64,000 nucleotides of DNA from an uncultured Desulfobacter sp. (GTDB lineage Bacteria; Desulfobacterota; Desulfobacteria; Desulfobacterales; Desulfobacteraceae): contig OY762069.1 in assembly GCA_963665095.1 (NCBI GenBank), positions 4,288,001 through 4,352,000 of the forward strand, in the 5' to 3' direction. The notes below the pieces were generated by a model, which worked only from the letters and a program-made list of their open reading frames with translations, was not told the origin of the DNA and made no database searches. Both the position numbers and the translations under genes were made by a program. Below, one piece after another: positions 37,957 to 47,696 of this stretch. Numbering within the stretch: the stretch's first letter is position 1; each line of letters begins with the position of its first letter.

Positions 37957-40056
37957 TCAGTTAAGCATATATATCTGAGTTTCATTTTCATCGTAAACCA
38001 ATGAAAAAAAATGATTGGCTTTCTTAAATTTTTGTAAAGTATCGGGATATTTTTTCTTTTCCCTCTGACCGATATAAACATAGTCAATCCCCAGGTTTTT
38101 GCAAACACTGGCAGCGTGCTCAATATCGTCAGTCAGGAACATTTGTTTGATCTTTGAAGACCTTTTTTTAATATCCTCTTTCCTGGCAGGAAATAGGCGC
38201 GTTGCAAACGCAATACGCCCTAAACTCATTTTTCTGTCGGCAAAGCAGGGGAATAATGAATACTGGTGATTATACCCAAGCATCCGATTTGTATTTTCAG
38301 TATAATAATGGGGCAGTCCCTGGATAACAGCCTCTTGTTCTGTATTATGTTTAACCCAATTTGCTGCCTGCATATCGCTTTGCAGAACATAGGCGGTATT
38401 ATGGTAATTACTGACATTTGAACCAATATATATATCTAAAAGATATGAAGGTACTGCACTTAAAATTAACACCCCGAATATCAACTTAATCTTTTTACGG
38501 GAAAACCCATCTGAGAATTCATCAATAAAATATGCTGACATGAATAAAAATGCTAATGGAAAAAATCTCATAAGCTTTATAGGACCAGTAATTCGCGAAG
38601 GTAACGAGAATAACAATAAGCAAGAAAACAGCATTATTAAAGCAAAGTCATCGCAAAAAAACCGCTTTCTTTTCCACAGCAGGAGAACGCCGCAAAATGA
38701 AAGAATAGTAGCGGGTCCGTATTCAACAGGAATATACACCGGTGCTGTAATAAGATTTCTTATGGTTCTATCTGGATTTTTATTAAAAATTTTTATAGTT
38801 CCCTCAGGTCTGTTTTGCTTACTATACATCCCCAACGGAGTCAGAACAATTAATAAAAGGCTTAATCCTATCCCAAAAACTATAGCCCGCTTAAAATAAG
38901 ATGCCCGCTGCCCCTGGCGTAAAAGGAACTGTATAAAGACATAGTTTAATATAATAGCGGCTGAAATCAGTCCAATTGATAATTCAAACCCCCATATAAT
39001 GCCTATCAATGCCCCAGAAGAAAAATATTTTTTTAATGATTGCTCATCTGAATTAACCAAAATAAAACATATGGATAGAAGAAATAGGCTTAACCCGACT
39101 AAAACATGAGGCTGGACTAAAATAAAGCGATAAAAAGTATGAGAGTGCCCTGAGCTTTGAACTATATCCGGTAGCCATCTCAGGTCCATAATTCTATTAA
39201 ACAAAGAATCGTTGGTATGTTCCAGCATAATTACAGCATGCTTAAAGACATAAAAAATCCAACTATAGCTGTATGCCCCAACCCCTGCAAGCATGATAAA
39301 AAGCAATGAAGATGTTTTTTTACAGACAACTCTAAAGCAGGCAAATAAAACTGACACAAAATAAATGCCTAAAAACACCTGTACCAAAATCATTATTGAT
39401 ACCATCGAAGCATTGCTGTTCAACAACTTATAGGAAAACGCTGGCAAGGTATAAAATAGAACATAATACTTCATTGGCTCGCCGCCAAAATCAAAACATT
39501 CTGCTGGAAGACCGCGCGCGACCGAAAATGCAACGGAAACGCGCCACAGAAAATCCTGCCCGATAAGCCATGTGTATCCATAGCCCTGATCAGTCAGTTT
39601 ACCGATATTCAAAAAAGGTAAAACAACAGCTATCAGCATAATGAGTATTGATAACACCAATAGGAAATAGTGAAAACTTGACCATTGGGGAAAAGATGGT
39701 CCTGTGAAATTATTTCTTCTTTTTTTTTGATAACCGAACCACCCAAAAAGGAATGAAGTCGTTAAGAAAAGAGCTATGATAGCAAGTATGTTCCACCCAA
39801 ATGCTAACACAAACAGCGTTACAAACAAAGACCCCCCCCCCATACCAATAACAGAGCCAAATATGAGCAAATCCGGCAGATCATAATTCGTAAATGCTTT
39901 TAAGATAAAAGGACCTGGCAGAAAAAAGAGCATAAAGGAAAACAACACGGAGGAGGTTTCAAAGAGGGTTGCCTTGTGAAAACACAAAAAGGCAACTATT
40001 GAAATGATAATTGATAGAAGAAGTATATTACTCTTCATACCTATTCTACTATTCAT
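37957..40056 (-). CDS. Large polytopic membrane protein, possibly GT-C fold
   Basis: 699 aa with many TM helices; C-terminal soluble region (AANWVKHNT...IDYVYIGQREK...LVYDENETQIY) as seen in membrane glycosyltransferase-like proteins; AT-rich gene. Confidence 0.6.
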   Translation of the reverse strand: MNSRIGMKSNILLLSIIISIVAFLCFHKATLFETSSVLFSFMLFFLPGPFILKAFTNYDLPDLLIFGSVIGMGGGSLFVTLFVLAFGWNILAIIALFLTTSFLFGWFGYQKKRRNNFTGPSFPQWSSFHYFLLVLSILIMLIAVVLPFLNIGKLTDQGYGYTWLIGQDFLWRVSVAFSVARGLPAECFDFGGEPMKYYVLFYTLPAFSYKLLNSNASMVSIMILVQVFLGIYFVSVLFACFRVVCKKTSSLLFIMLAGVGAYSYSWIFYVFKHAVIMLEHTNDSLFNRIMDLRWLPDIVQSSGHSHTFYRFILVQPHVLVGLSLFLLSICFILVNSDEQSLKKYFSSGALIGIIWGFELSIGLISAAIILNYVFIQFLLRQGQRASYFKRAIVFGIGLSLLLIVLTPLGMYSKQNRPEGTIKIFNKNPDRTIRNLITAPVYIPVEYGPATILSFCGVLLLWKRKRFFCDDFALIMLFSCLLLFSLPSRITGPIKLMRFFPLAFLFMSAYFIDEFSDGFSRKKIKLIFGVLILSAVPSYLLDIYIGSNVSNYHNTAYVLQSDMQAANWVKHNTEQEAVIQGLPHYYTENTNRMLGYNHQYSLFPCFADRKMSLGRIAFATRLFPARKEDIKKRSSKIKQMFLTDDIEHAASVCKNLGIDYVYIGQREKKKYPDTLQKFKKANHFFSLVYDENETQIYMLN

Positions 40057-40073
40057 AGAACAAAACCCAATTA

Positions 40074-40886
40074 TTAATTAACTTCTAAATTTATATGTTT
40101 TTCTATTGAGATCAACACTTTTTTTTGAAACCGATTTGAAATACTAAAGAGTATTACAGAGCCGATTCCTGAAAGGATAAATGAAAACACAAAACATATG
40201 ACCGCAGAGAGTCTTAATACTTTTATACTAAACAGCAAAACGCCTCCATGTAACAAAAAAAAGCAATAACAATAATTCTGCACGAAAAACAGCATTTCAC
40301 TTAGTTTACTACCATTACCCCTTTTAGGGGCGGCACCTTTTAAAAGAACCCTCGACTTATAGACGCAACCGGCATTGAAAGCTAAAAAATAAAACTCCTT
40401 ATGAAATACAAGACTTATGGCTAACCCAAACACAAAAACCAGACTTTTAATTTCCTTTTTTTTTACTACCTGAATTAAAAATATATAAAAATAAAGCCAC
40501 AAAATTAATGTTATAAACCATGAAATTACATATACTGGGTTATCTAAAAACATGCTACCGCCAAGAATGATAATCAAATATTCCCCAAATCCTGTTTCTT
40601 TATATTGATATAATTCATTAAAAAATATTACCAAGGCAATGACAGGCCAGTAAGGGATCATAATGGCCAGCCCCCTTTTTAATAACCACACAACAAAATC
40701 CTTAAAGGACTTGGTTTGTGCGTCAACCGAAAAATATCCGGATAAAAATACAAAAATTAGAATAGCAAAAAAGTCTATAGGGCTTAAATCTTTTCCATAT
40801 AGACTCCCGTAATGGTAAATATAAATCACAATACAGGAGAATATCCTGGATGTGCTAGCCCAAAGCTCGGGATTTTTTTGGTGCAT
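40074..40886 (-). CDS. Membrane acyltransferase (Acyl_transf_3-like)
   Basis: R...IYIYH, FVFLSGYF, KRGLAIMIPYW, WFITLI, YCFFLLH motifs. Confidence 0.7.
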   Translation of the reverse strand: MHQKNPELWASTSRIFSCIVIYIYHYGSLYGKDLSPIDFFAILIFVFLSGYFSVDAQTKSFKDFVVWLLKRGLAIMIPYWPVIALVIFFNELYQYKETGFGEYLIIILGGSMFLDNPVYVISWFITLILWLYFYIFLIQVVKKKEIKSLVFVFGLAISLVFHKEFYFLAFNAGCVYKSRVLLKGAAPKRGNGSKLSEMLFFVQNYCYCFFLLHGGVLLFSIKVLRLSAVICFVFSFILSGIGSVILFSISNRFQKKVLISIEKHINLEVN

Positions 40887-40914
40887 TTTAGATATAATTT
40901 CTCACCTCGTGCTT

Positions 40915-41031
40915 AGGCCATGAAAATTATAAAGGCCACAAAGTGGGAGCAGAATTTTTGCCCGTATTCAAGGCGCATCAATGGAAGCATATTGAAAAAT
41001 ATGTGCCCATTGATGCAACGAAGAAGACAGG
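40915..41031. repeat. Left part of a structured MITE-like repeat split by IS21
   Basis: Hairpin GCATCAATGG-AAGCATATT-GAAA-AATATGTG-CCCATTGATGC flanked by CAAGGC and AACGAAG; outer arm pairs with 44390-44433. Confidence 0.6.
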
Positions 41032-41130
41032 TGTCAGGCGGGGCGTGAACATGTCATAAATCTCCCGGTTTAAAAATGTAGGCGATTAAAGGGCCGGCCT
41101 CCAGATGCATGTAGACCGGCCTCGGCTTTG

Positions 41131-41865
41131 TTATTCTTCCGTCACATCTTTCATTCTAAAACTCTTACCCTCAATGACCACAGGCTCGGTGTGGTGAAGA
41201 AGCCTGTCCAGCAAAGCTGATGTTAATGTCATGTCATTGTTGAAGATCTCCGGCCAATCTTTGAACACCCGGTTTGTGGTTATTATGATGGCTCCTTGCT
41301 CATAGCGCTGACTGATAATTTGGAACAACAGGTCTGCCCCAATCTTGTCAATGGGCAGGTAGCCCAGTTCATCCATGATCAACAAAGTTGGCTTGAGGTA
41401 TTTTCTCAGTTCCTGCTTTAACTGACCCGCCTTCTGGGCTGCCACCAGATTGTTGACGATATCAATGGCAGAAGAGAACAGAACCGTATGGTTTTTCAGG
41501 CAGGCCTGGTAACCTAAAGCAGTCGCAATATGTGTTTTCCCAACACCGACCGGGCCGATCACGATAATGTTACCCTTTTCTTCAATGAACTTGAGTCTGA
41601 ACAGATTCTGGGTCTGAGCCTGATTGATTTTTCTGGGCCATGACCAGTTGAACTGGTCCAGGGTTTTGATTACCGGGAACTTGGCCATACGGATACGGCG
41701 CTGGATGGTTTTATCATGGCGCAGTAGTGATTCATGCCTGGCAAGCTCTGATAGATATTGAACGTGGCTCCATTGCTTCTGGGCAGCCAGGGTAGCCACT
41801 GACTCATAGTTTTCCCTGATATAAGGTAGTTTTAAGTGGGACAGGCATTTCTCAAGATCAGGCAT
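41131..41865 (-). CDS. istB: IS21 helper ATPase IstB
   Basis: GPVGVGKTH, LLIMDELGY, ITTN, ALLDRLLHH, GKSFR. Confidence 0.97.
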   Translation of the reverse strand: MPDLEKCLSHLKLPYIRENYESVATLAAQKQWSHVQYLSELARHESLLRHDKTIQRRIRMAKFPVIKTLDQFNWSWPRKINQAQTQNLFRLKFIEEKGNIIVIGPVGVGKTHIATALGYQACLKNHTVLFSSAIDIVNNLVAAQKAGQLKQELRKYLKPTLLIMDELGYLPIDKIGADLLFQIISQRYEQGAIIITTNRVFKDWPEIFNNDMTLTSALLDRLLHHTEPVVIEGKSFRMKDVTEE

Positions 41866-43333
41866 TTTTATCTCCTATGGCGGTATAAATATTAAGATCA
41901 GGCTCCTGGATTGTCAGGTTCAGTAAATCTGCTTTATGTGTAACATGCAGGGCTCCGGGCTCCTGGGGAGACCGAACCCGCTGCTCAAGGAGGTTGGCGA
42001 TGTATTCACATGAGAATGCAGAGAACTTAAAGGCATCTTCAATGGCCATGGCAACTTGTTCCCGGGAGTAGATTTCACTCAAGGCCACGATTTGCCGTAC
42101 ATGATGGGAGGCGTTAAGCCGCCTGTTCTGCAATTGCCTGTAATACTCCCGGGCCTTGTCAGAGAGGCTTAAAAAACGCATATAAATTGCCTGGTCTCTG
42201 GCCTTTTTGCGCTGGCTCAAAAGGATTTTAGAGTGATCAGGATCTTCAAGGTCGTTTTTGCGGCCATAGGATCTGACATGGCGGGCAACCAACTTGTCTT
42301 CATGGTAAAAGCAGATCCGATCAGGGTAAAGCTTGGCAGTCAAAGCCACCCCTGCCAGCTGGGCGGGTACTGTGTAAGCATTTGTATCGATGACTACCCT
42401 GTACTGTCTTGAAGCCCGTACCTGCTTTACCACACCGATATCATAGGGTTCTGACGGCAGAGGGTATAGGTGGGGCAATTCCAGGGCATACATCTCTGCG
42501 GGCTTTTGACCGGTCTCTCCGTGGGTTCTGACATTGGCGACAGTATCAAGCCAGTGTTTGCAGGTGGGCTCCATGATCTTAAAATCAGGGATTTCAAGAC
42601 CGTTGAGCAGATTCTTTTTGACATAGCCCACAGCATTTTCAACCCGGCCTTTTTCATTACCCTTGCGCACATTACAGGGAACAATTGTAAATCCGTAATA
42701 ATCTGCAAAATCAAGGTATCTGGGGTTGAAGACCGGGGCTTTCCCCAGCAGTCTTTTTAGAACAGCGGATTTGAGATTGTCCACCATGACCTTTTCCGGC
42801 ACCTTTCCAAAAAACTCAAATGCATTCTGGTGGCAGCCTAAAAAATGCTCCATGGTCTGGGAGACCGTGAACTCAACGTACATCATGCGGCTGTGGCACA
42901 TCACCATCACAAAAAAGCTCAACCGCCGGGTCGTGTTGCCCACCCTTACTGTACTATAAGAACCCCAGTCCACCTGGGCAGCTTCACCCGGAGCAAAACT
43001 CAGTTTCAAATACGCCTTTGTTTTGGGCGGCCGCACCTTCCTGACATAATCCTCAACAATGGTGATGCCCCCGGCAAAACCATCCTGGGTGATTCGTTGA
43101 AATATCTGGCGGGAACTGTAGGGATGTTTTTCAAGCATATGCAGGATGGCGTTCTTATACGGATCAAGCTTGCTTTCTCTGGGGGCTGACTGTCTGGGCT
43201 GGTACCTTTTCAGGTTGGCCCACCTGGCAACTGTCCTGGGGTCCAGATCAAGGGCATTGGCAATCTGGCTGTATGTCAGGCCGTCTCGGGTAAAGTAATT
43301 TCTGATTTGAACATAGGTTTCGTAATCAATCAT
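41858..43333 (-). CDS. istA: IS21 transposase IstA
   Basis: N-terminal HTH, SKLDPY, PGEAAQVDWG, VDNLKS, KGRVEN, RTHGET. Confidence 0.97.
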   Translation of the reverse strand: MIDYETYVQIRNYFTRDGLTYSQIANALDLDPRTVARWANLKRYQPRQSAPRESKLDPYKNAILHMLEKHPYSSRQIFQRITQDGFAGGITIVEDYVRKVRPPKTKAYLKLSFAPGEAAQVDWGSYSTVRVGNTTRRLSFFVMVMCHSRMMYVEFTVSQTMEHFLGCHQNAFEFFGKVPEKVMVDNLKSAVLKRLLGKAPVFNPRYLDFADYYGFTIVPCNVRKGNEKGRVENAVGYVKKNLLNGLEIPDFKIMEPTCKHWLDTVANVRTHGETGQKPAEMYALELPHLYPLPSEPYDIGVVKQVRASRQYRVVIDTNAYTVPAQLAGVALTAKLYPDRICFYHEDKLVARHVRSYGRKNDLEDPDHSKILLSQRKKARDQAIYMRFLSLSDKAREYYRQLQNRRLNASHHVRQIVALSEIYSREQVAMAIEDAFKFSAFSCEYIANLLEQRVRSPQEPGALHVTHKADLLNLTIQEPDLNIYTAIGDKNA

Positions 43334-43712
43334 GGTTGCCCTCCGCTGCTGCTTTTAGAATATCTGAAAGACGCAGCATGGAGCCGTGCCGTTTTGATTT
43401 ACCAGGAGCAGGGTCAAGGGCAAGCACCTGGTAAATAGGTCTCTGCCAGGCAATCAGCCCATTCTGTATTAACCCGGAACGTGCTGTCTTCAGGCCATCA
43501 GAATCCATGCACAGCCGATCCATGATCGCCTTATCTCCATAGTAGCTGATGCCTTGACTGTCGGCCACACACACCAGAAACAGATATAGGGCGGACTGGG
43601 AGTGTGTACACCTGTCAATGTGCCGTTCACGCACCAGGCGATGATCGATCCAACTGAAGCTTTGGGGTGTTTTTCGAACCCTGGATGGTAAAATGGGGGC
43701 CTTTGCAATCAT
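43326..43712 (-). CDS. IS21-internal accessory protein, putative winged-HTH
   Basis: 128 aa; FSWIDHRL...ALYLFLVCVAD..GISYY...ARSGLIQNGLIAW; 8-bp ATGATTGA overlap with istA. Confidence 0.75.
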   Translation of the reverse strand: MIAKAPILPSRVRKTPQSFSWIDHRLVRERHIDRCTHSQSALYLFLVCVADSQGISYYGDKAIMDRLCMDSDGLKTARSGLIQNGLIAWQRPIYQVLALDPAPGKSKRHGSMLRLSDILKAAAEGNHD

Positions 43713-44193
43713 TTTGCTCTCCTTCTTTTTGGGGTTGTGAACATAAAATGTCTTGCCCGTATTTTTTCATACGAAGGAGCGTGGAAGCGATGTCATCTTG
43801 TAACGCACTGCCTGTAAAGTTGGCGATTAACCCTATAATGACAGGAGGTTGCGCCCGTAAGAAATCTTGTAACGCATTGTCCATGAATTGCGTTGAATCC
43901 TGTTTATTTTCAGCCTGTTGGGGCAATATCGAGTCTTGTAACGTATCTGGGCTTTTGGTCTTCTTCCAATATCCGGGATTCTTCTTTCTCCATTCCTGAA
44001 CACGTTCAACATGGGCAGGCCCACAAAAGTAGTTTCGATTTTCAGGCTTGTTCAGCCATTTTTTCTGGCTGCACCTTTTGCTGGCTTTTCTGCACTCAGA
44101 TCTGGAACAGTATTTTTGAGAGTCTATATTTCTTGGATTAGGAGCGAATAATCTTCTACAATTTCGGCACCTTCTTTTCTTGAGTAGTCCCAT
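43627..44193 (-). CDS. IS21-internal accessory protein with Cys4 zinc-finger-like N-terminus
   Basis: 188 aa; CRNC...YCSRSECRKAS, RVQEWRKKNPGYW; GGAGG RBS; inside the IS ends. Confidence 0.75.
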   Translation of the reverse strand: MGLLKKRRCRNCRRLFAPNPRNIDSQKYCSRSECRKASKRCSQKKWLNKPENRNYFCGPAHVERVQEWRKKNPGYWKKTKSPDTLQDSILPQQAENKQDSTQFMDNALQDFLRAQPPVIIGLIANFTGSALQDDIASTLLRMKKYGQDILCSQPQKEGEQNDCKGPHFTIQGSKNTPKLQLDRSSPGA

Positions 44194-44383
44194 CTACATA
44201 TTGCCTCCGATTCAAATCAGACATGAATAAGATCAGTATGTACGGAAAAAAGCAGAGGGCAAAGAAAGGAAAAAAATGAAGAAGACGAAATTTTTAAATT
44301 TGATTTTTAAGAGAAGAAAAACCAGCTAAGAACATACATTTTCAAACCGGGGATTTGGCTGCATTTTCAAGACGGCCCTGACA

Positions 44384-44433
44384 GACAGGTAAAAAAAACA
44401 AGCCGTATTGTGGTTTTATTGTTTCTATGACCC
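44384..44433. repeat. Right part of the MITE-like repeat split by IS21
   Basis: CCGTATTGTGGTTTTAT...CTATGACC is an imperfect complement of GGCCATG...ATAAAGGCCACAAAGTGG at ~40916-40946. Confidence 0.5.
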
Positions 44434-44559
44434 TTATTGTAGACGATTTTTCGTGGCTTTAATCCCGTTTTGTGCATTACCCACAAAGACATGGTCAGAA
44501 TCGTCACTTTTTACGCATATATCCTGGAAGCTAAAATTTTTATCCGGGAATAACGTGAC

Positions 44560-45990
44560 TTATATATTTAAACGAATTTTGTAATTTTTGACCATTATAT
44601 AAAGCCCGCATAACAAAAAAATAAAAGATGAAATTGAAGCAAAACTGCTGCCCCCCCAAAAACATATTAATCTATAAATCGCTATTGATATAAGAATAAA
44701 AACAAGAGGGATTCCCAAAGTAAAACAAAGTCGCAAACCAGATGTTCTTGCTAAAAGCATCATTCCTATGATCATCCAACTATAGACACTTAGCAAAACA
44801 GATCCTACGCCCCCTTTCAAGCCATAAGTATGAATTAAGAAGCCAAAACTCAAATACAAAACCAATATCGCCAATACTCCTACCAAAGCAATACTCCAAT
44901 TTTTTCTTCGCGCAAGGAGCGTTTGATAGCAAGCACTTCCTGCGGCAAAAGGTGCCGAAATAGCAACAGCAAGTGGCAATAATTCTGCTGCGGGAAGGTA
45001 TCTCTCGCCGAATACCATACGAATTATAGGCGCGGCTATTGGCAGCATGAGAAAGCCCAGCGCCGTGCCAGCCAACAGGTAAATGCCACTGAGTACGCTA
45101 ACAAATTGTAAATCCTTTCCATCATTACGGTTAGATGCTCTAGCCAAAGCTGGAAGAGCCGCCCTTCCAATGACAGAAGGCAATGTCCCAGAAAGTACAA
45201 CGCATTGCATCGCTAACCCGAAGTGACCACCGGCATCCCCAACAGTGTTCAGATGGCGGGAGAGTACCAATGGCATTTGTAGCAACCAGGCATAGGTCGC
45301 CTGCGCTATAACTAAAGGAATAGCTGATATGATCAAAGTTATAACCTTATTGACTGGTAGCAGAAGAGGTACAAGACCCAAATATCGGTACAAATAAATG
45401 AGCCCATATACACCCTGCAAAATCCATACTGACGCGTGAACAATTGCAATACTAATAGCTCCGCCTCCTGAAAACAGAACTAAGATTAAAGCTACTATTT
45501 CAATCGGTCGAAAAATAACCTCCTGAACGAGAGTATGTTTTGCTTGCTCTCTGGCAACAAATACCTCCTGTACCCAATACGCAGTGCTTCGTCCTAGAAG
45601 GGCGACCGAAAACACGGCGAGTAATATCTGATTTTCTATGTTCGGATTTAGAATCACACCAATACATAGGCACAAAAATCCAGCAACGAGCGTAGTTCTA
45701 AATCTCAAAGAGAATGTTTCATTAACGGTCTTTTTTGCACTAAAACGGCTGGTGCCGATCTCCCGGCTAAGAATAATACCTGTCGCGAAAGAAGCAAAAC
45801 TTAAAAATGACAAATACCAAGCTTGACCATATACAATTAAACCAAATAAGTCTGGCCCAAGTTGTCTTGCTACAAAGATAACATAAAAGGCTCTCATAGA
45901 CAGCGTCACGGATTGCGCACCAAAAAGGTGAACTGCATTCCTGATCACAGAGTATATTCCTGAGCGATTGTGAACCAGACCTAATTTCAC
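44560..45990 (-). CDS. Wzx-type oligosaccharide flippase
   Basis: 476 aa, ~12-14 TM; VARQLGPDLFG, FGERYLPA, YGLKGG. Confidence 0.85.
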   Translation of the reverse strand: MKLGLVHNRSGIYSVIRNAVHLFGAQSVTLSMRAFYVIFVARQLGPDLFGLIVYGQAWYLSFLSFASFATGIILSREIGTSRFSAKKTVNETFSLRFRTTLVAGFLCLCIGVILNPNIENQILLAVFSVALLGRSTAYWVQEVFVAREQAKHTLVQEVIFRPIEIVALILVLFSGGGAISIAIVHASVWILQGVYGLIYLYRYLGLVPLLLPVNKVITLIISAIPLVIAQATYAWLLQMPLVLSRHLNTVGDAGGHFGLAMQCVVLSGTLPSVIGRAALPALARASNRNDGKDLQFVSVLSGIYLLAGTALGFLMLPIAAPIIRMVFGERYLPAAELLPLAVAISAPFAAGSACYQTLLARRKNWSIALVGVLAILVLYLSFGFLIHTYGLKGGVGSVLLSVYSWMIIGMMLLARTSGLRLCFTLGIPLVFILISIAIYRLICFWGGSSFASISSFIFLLCGLYIMVKNYKIRLNI

Positions 45991-46056
45991 TATTCCTCTG
46001 CCATTTTTTTATCCGATTGCCTGTTTCTTGATTTTATTGTTTATCCACAGGGGAGT

Positions 46057-47520
46057 CAATGTCATAAAGTTAAGAGCGCTCATGTAAAAGCTTTGTAAAT
46101 ACAAGAGATTATGATACAATTACCCTTAATAATAACCCTAAATATTGTTTGTGAAAGGAGAATAAAATGTCTGAAAAATTCAATCAACTTGGCATGGAAC
46201 CTGCTATCCAAAATATGTGCCGAGCTAATCGACTATCTTAAAAATATTCTGCATTCCCCGGAATTTATCGACAGACACAAAAAAAACAAGAAAGATTTCG
46301 CACGCAAACGAACACTAACATTCCAGACGCTTTTTTTATATTTCATGAACTTTATAAAAGGCTCATATCAAGACGACTCGATCATTATTTTAAGGCGTTG
46401 TTTCGACTGGATGTTCCAGTTACACTTGTCCCCAAAATGGCTTTATCTCTGGCGCGCAAAAAACTTGAATATGACGTCTTTATAGAGTTTAATCACCATT
46501 TTGAGTTCTTCTATAACCGTTTTCGCAGCATAAAAACCTGGAAGGGTTTTAATCTCCTTGCTATCGACGATAGTACGCTAAAATTGTTTAAGTACAAAGA
46601 AATCAGGGAACATTTCGGTGTGTTGAAACCGAATAAAGGACCTGCTTGTGTAATGGCACGGGTTTCTCAAATGTTCGATGTACTCAATAAGGTTACAATT
46701 GATGCCATTATCAGCCCTTTTAAAGTCGGAGAACGCGAGCTGTTCCATAATCATATGCTTAATCTGCTCCCGAATGATTTGCTTTTATTAGATCGCGGCT
46801 ATCCGGCTTATTGGATTTTTAATCTGATTATGTCTTTGGATAGCAACTTTTGCGCAAGAATTTCAAAACAGTGGAAAATCGTTCAAAATTTCATTAAATC
46901 GGGTGCCCAGGAAGCCATAATTGATCTTCATGCTTCGTACCAATCAAAAAAAAATGAATGTGAAGAAATGGGCCTTGACGATTCTCCCTTGTGTTTGCGC
47001 CTTATACGAGTCGAACTCGATAGCGGTGAAATCGAAGTTCTCATCACATCACTGATTGATGAACAAAAATTTCCTTATGAAATCTTTATGGACTTATATC
47101 ATAAACGCTGGCCGGTGGAAGTTGATTATCTTTTCATGAAACAACGCATTGAAATTGGAAATTCTTCCGGTACAACAGTATTGTCTGTCTATCAAGATTT
47201 CCATTCAAAAGTCCTGGCAAAAAATCTTACGTGGGTACTGGCCTCCCCAGCTCAGGAGACAGTTGAGAAGGAAGACCATGAGAAAAAGTTTGAATATCAG
47301 CTGAATATGACACAGGCAATTTCAAAATCTAAAGACACACTCTTTTTGCTTTTTGAAAGACTGCGTGAAATTACCGCACAGTTGATTAAGGACCTTCATG
47401 CTATTTTCATGGCTGCGACAGAACCCATTAGGCCCGGGCGTAAATTTAAACGGAAACATAAGATCAACAAGCGTGAGCACTAGATGAATTATAAGCCTTG
47501 TCGTTAACTTTATGACATTG
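46057..47520 (+). mobile_element. IS4-family element, 1464 bp, transposase frameshifted
   Basis: Perfect 17-bp TIR CAATGTCATAAAGTTAA / TTAACTTTATGACATTG; 10-bp target duplication ACAGGGGAGT at 46047-46056 and 47521-47530. Confidence 0.95.
46111..47483 (+). pseudogene. IS4-family DDE transposase, split across frames
   Basis: Frame 1 has DFARKRTLTF; frame 2 has LAIDDS, LLDRGY and YHKRWPVEVDYLFMK (Y-2-R-3-E-6-K). Frameshift near 46380-46400. Confidence 0.85.
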
Positions 47521-47696
47521 ACAGGGGAGTAATATTAGCAAAAACACAAGAAATGAACAAATTTTTAGCTTTAGTTTTTATAACCCCAATAAATAAAAAG
47601 CATATTATTTGGAATAGCGCAACATGTGGTTCGAGGACAATTTACGTTAACATTTCTTAAATTTCCTGTTAGTTTTGCACCAACTTTTCAAAGTAC

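Larger units (their letters stand above)
41032..44383 (-). mobile_element. IS21-family element, 3352 bp, four ORFs
   Basis: Imperfect ~50-bp inverted ends TGTCAGGCGGGGCGTGAACATG... / ...CATTTTCAAGACGGCCCTGACA; 6-bp target duplication GACAGG at 41026-41031 and 44384-44389. Confidence 0.95.

Noticed and set aside
41088..41123. Imperfect GC-rich hairpin after istB as a terminator
   Set aside because: Mismatched stem, long loop and short U-tract; insufficient support.
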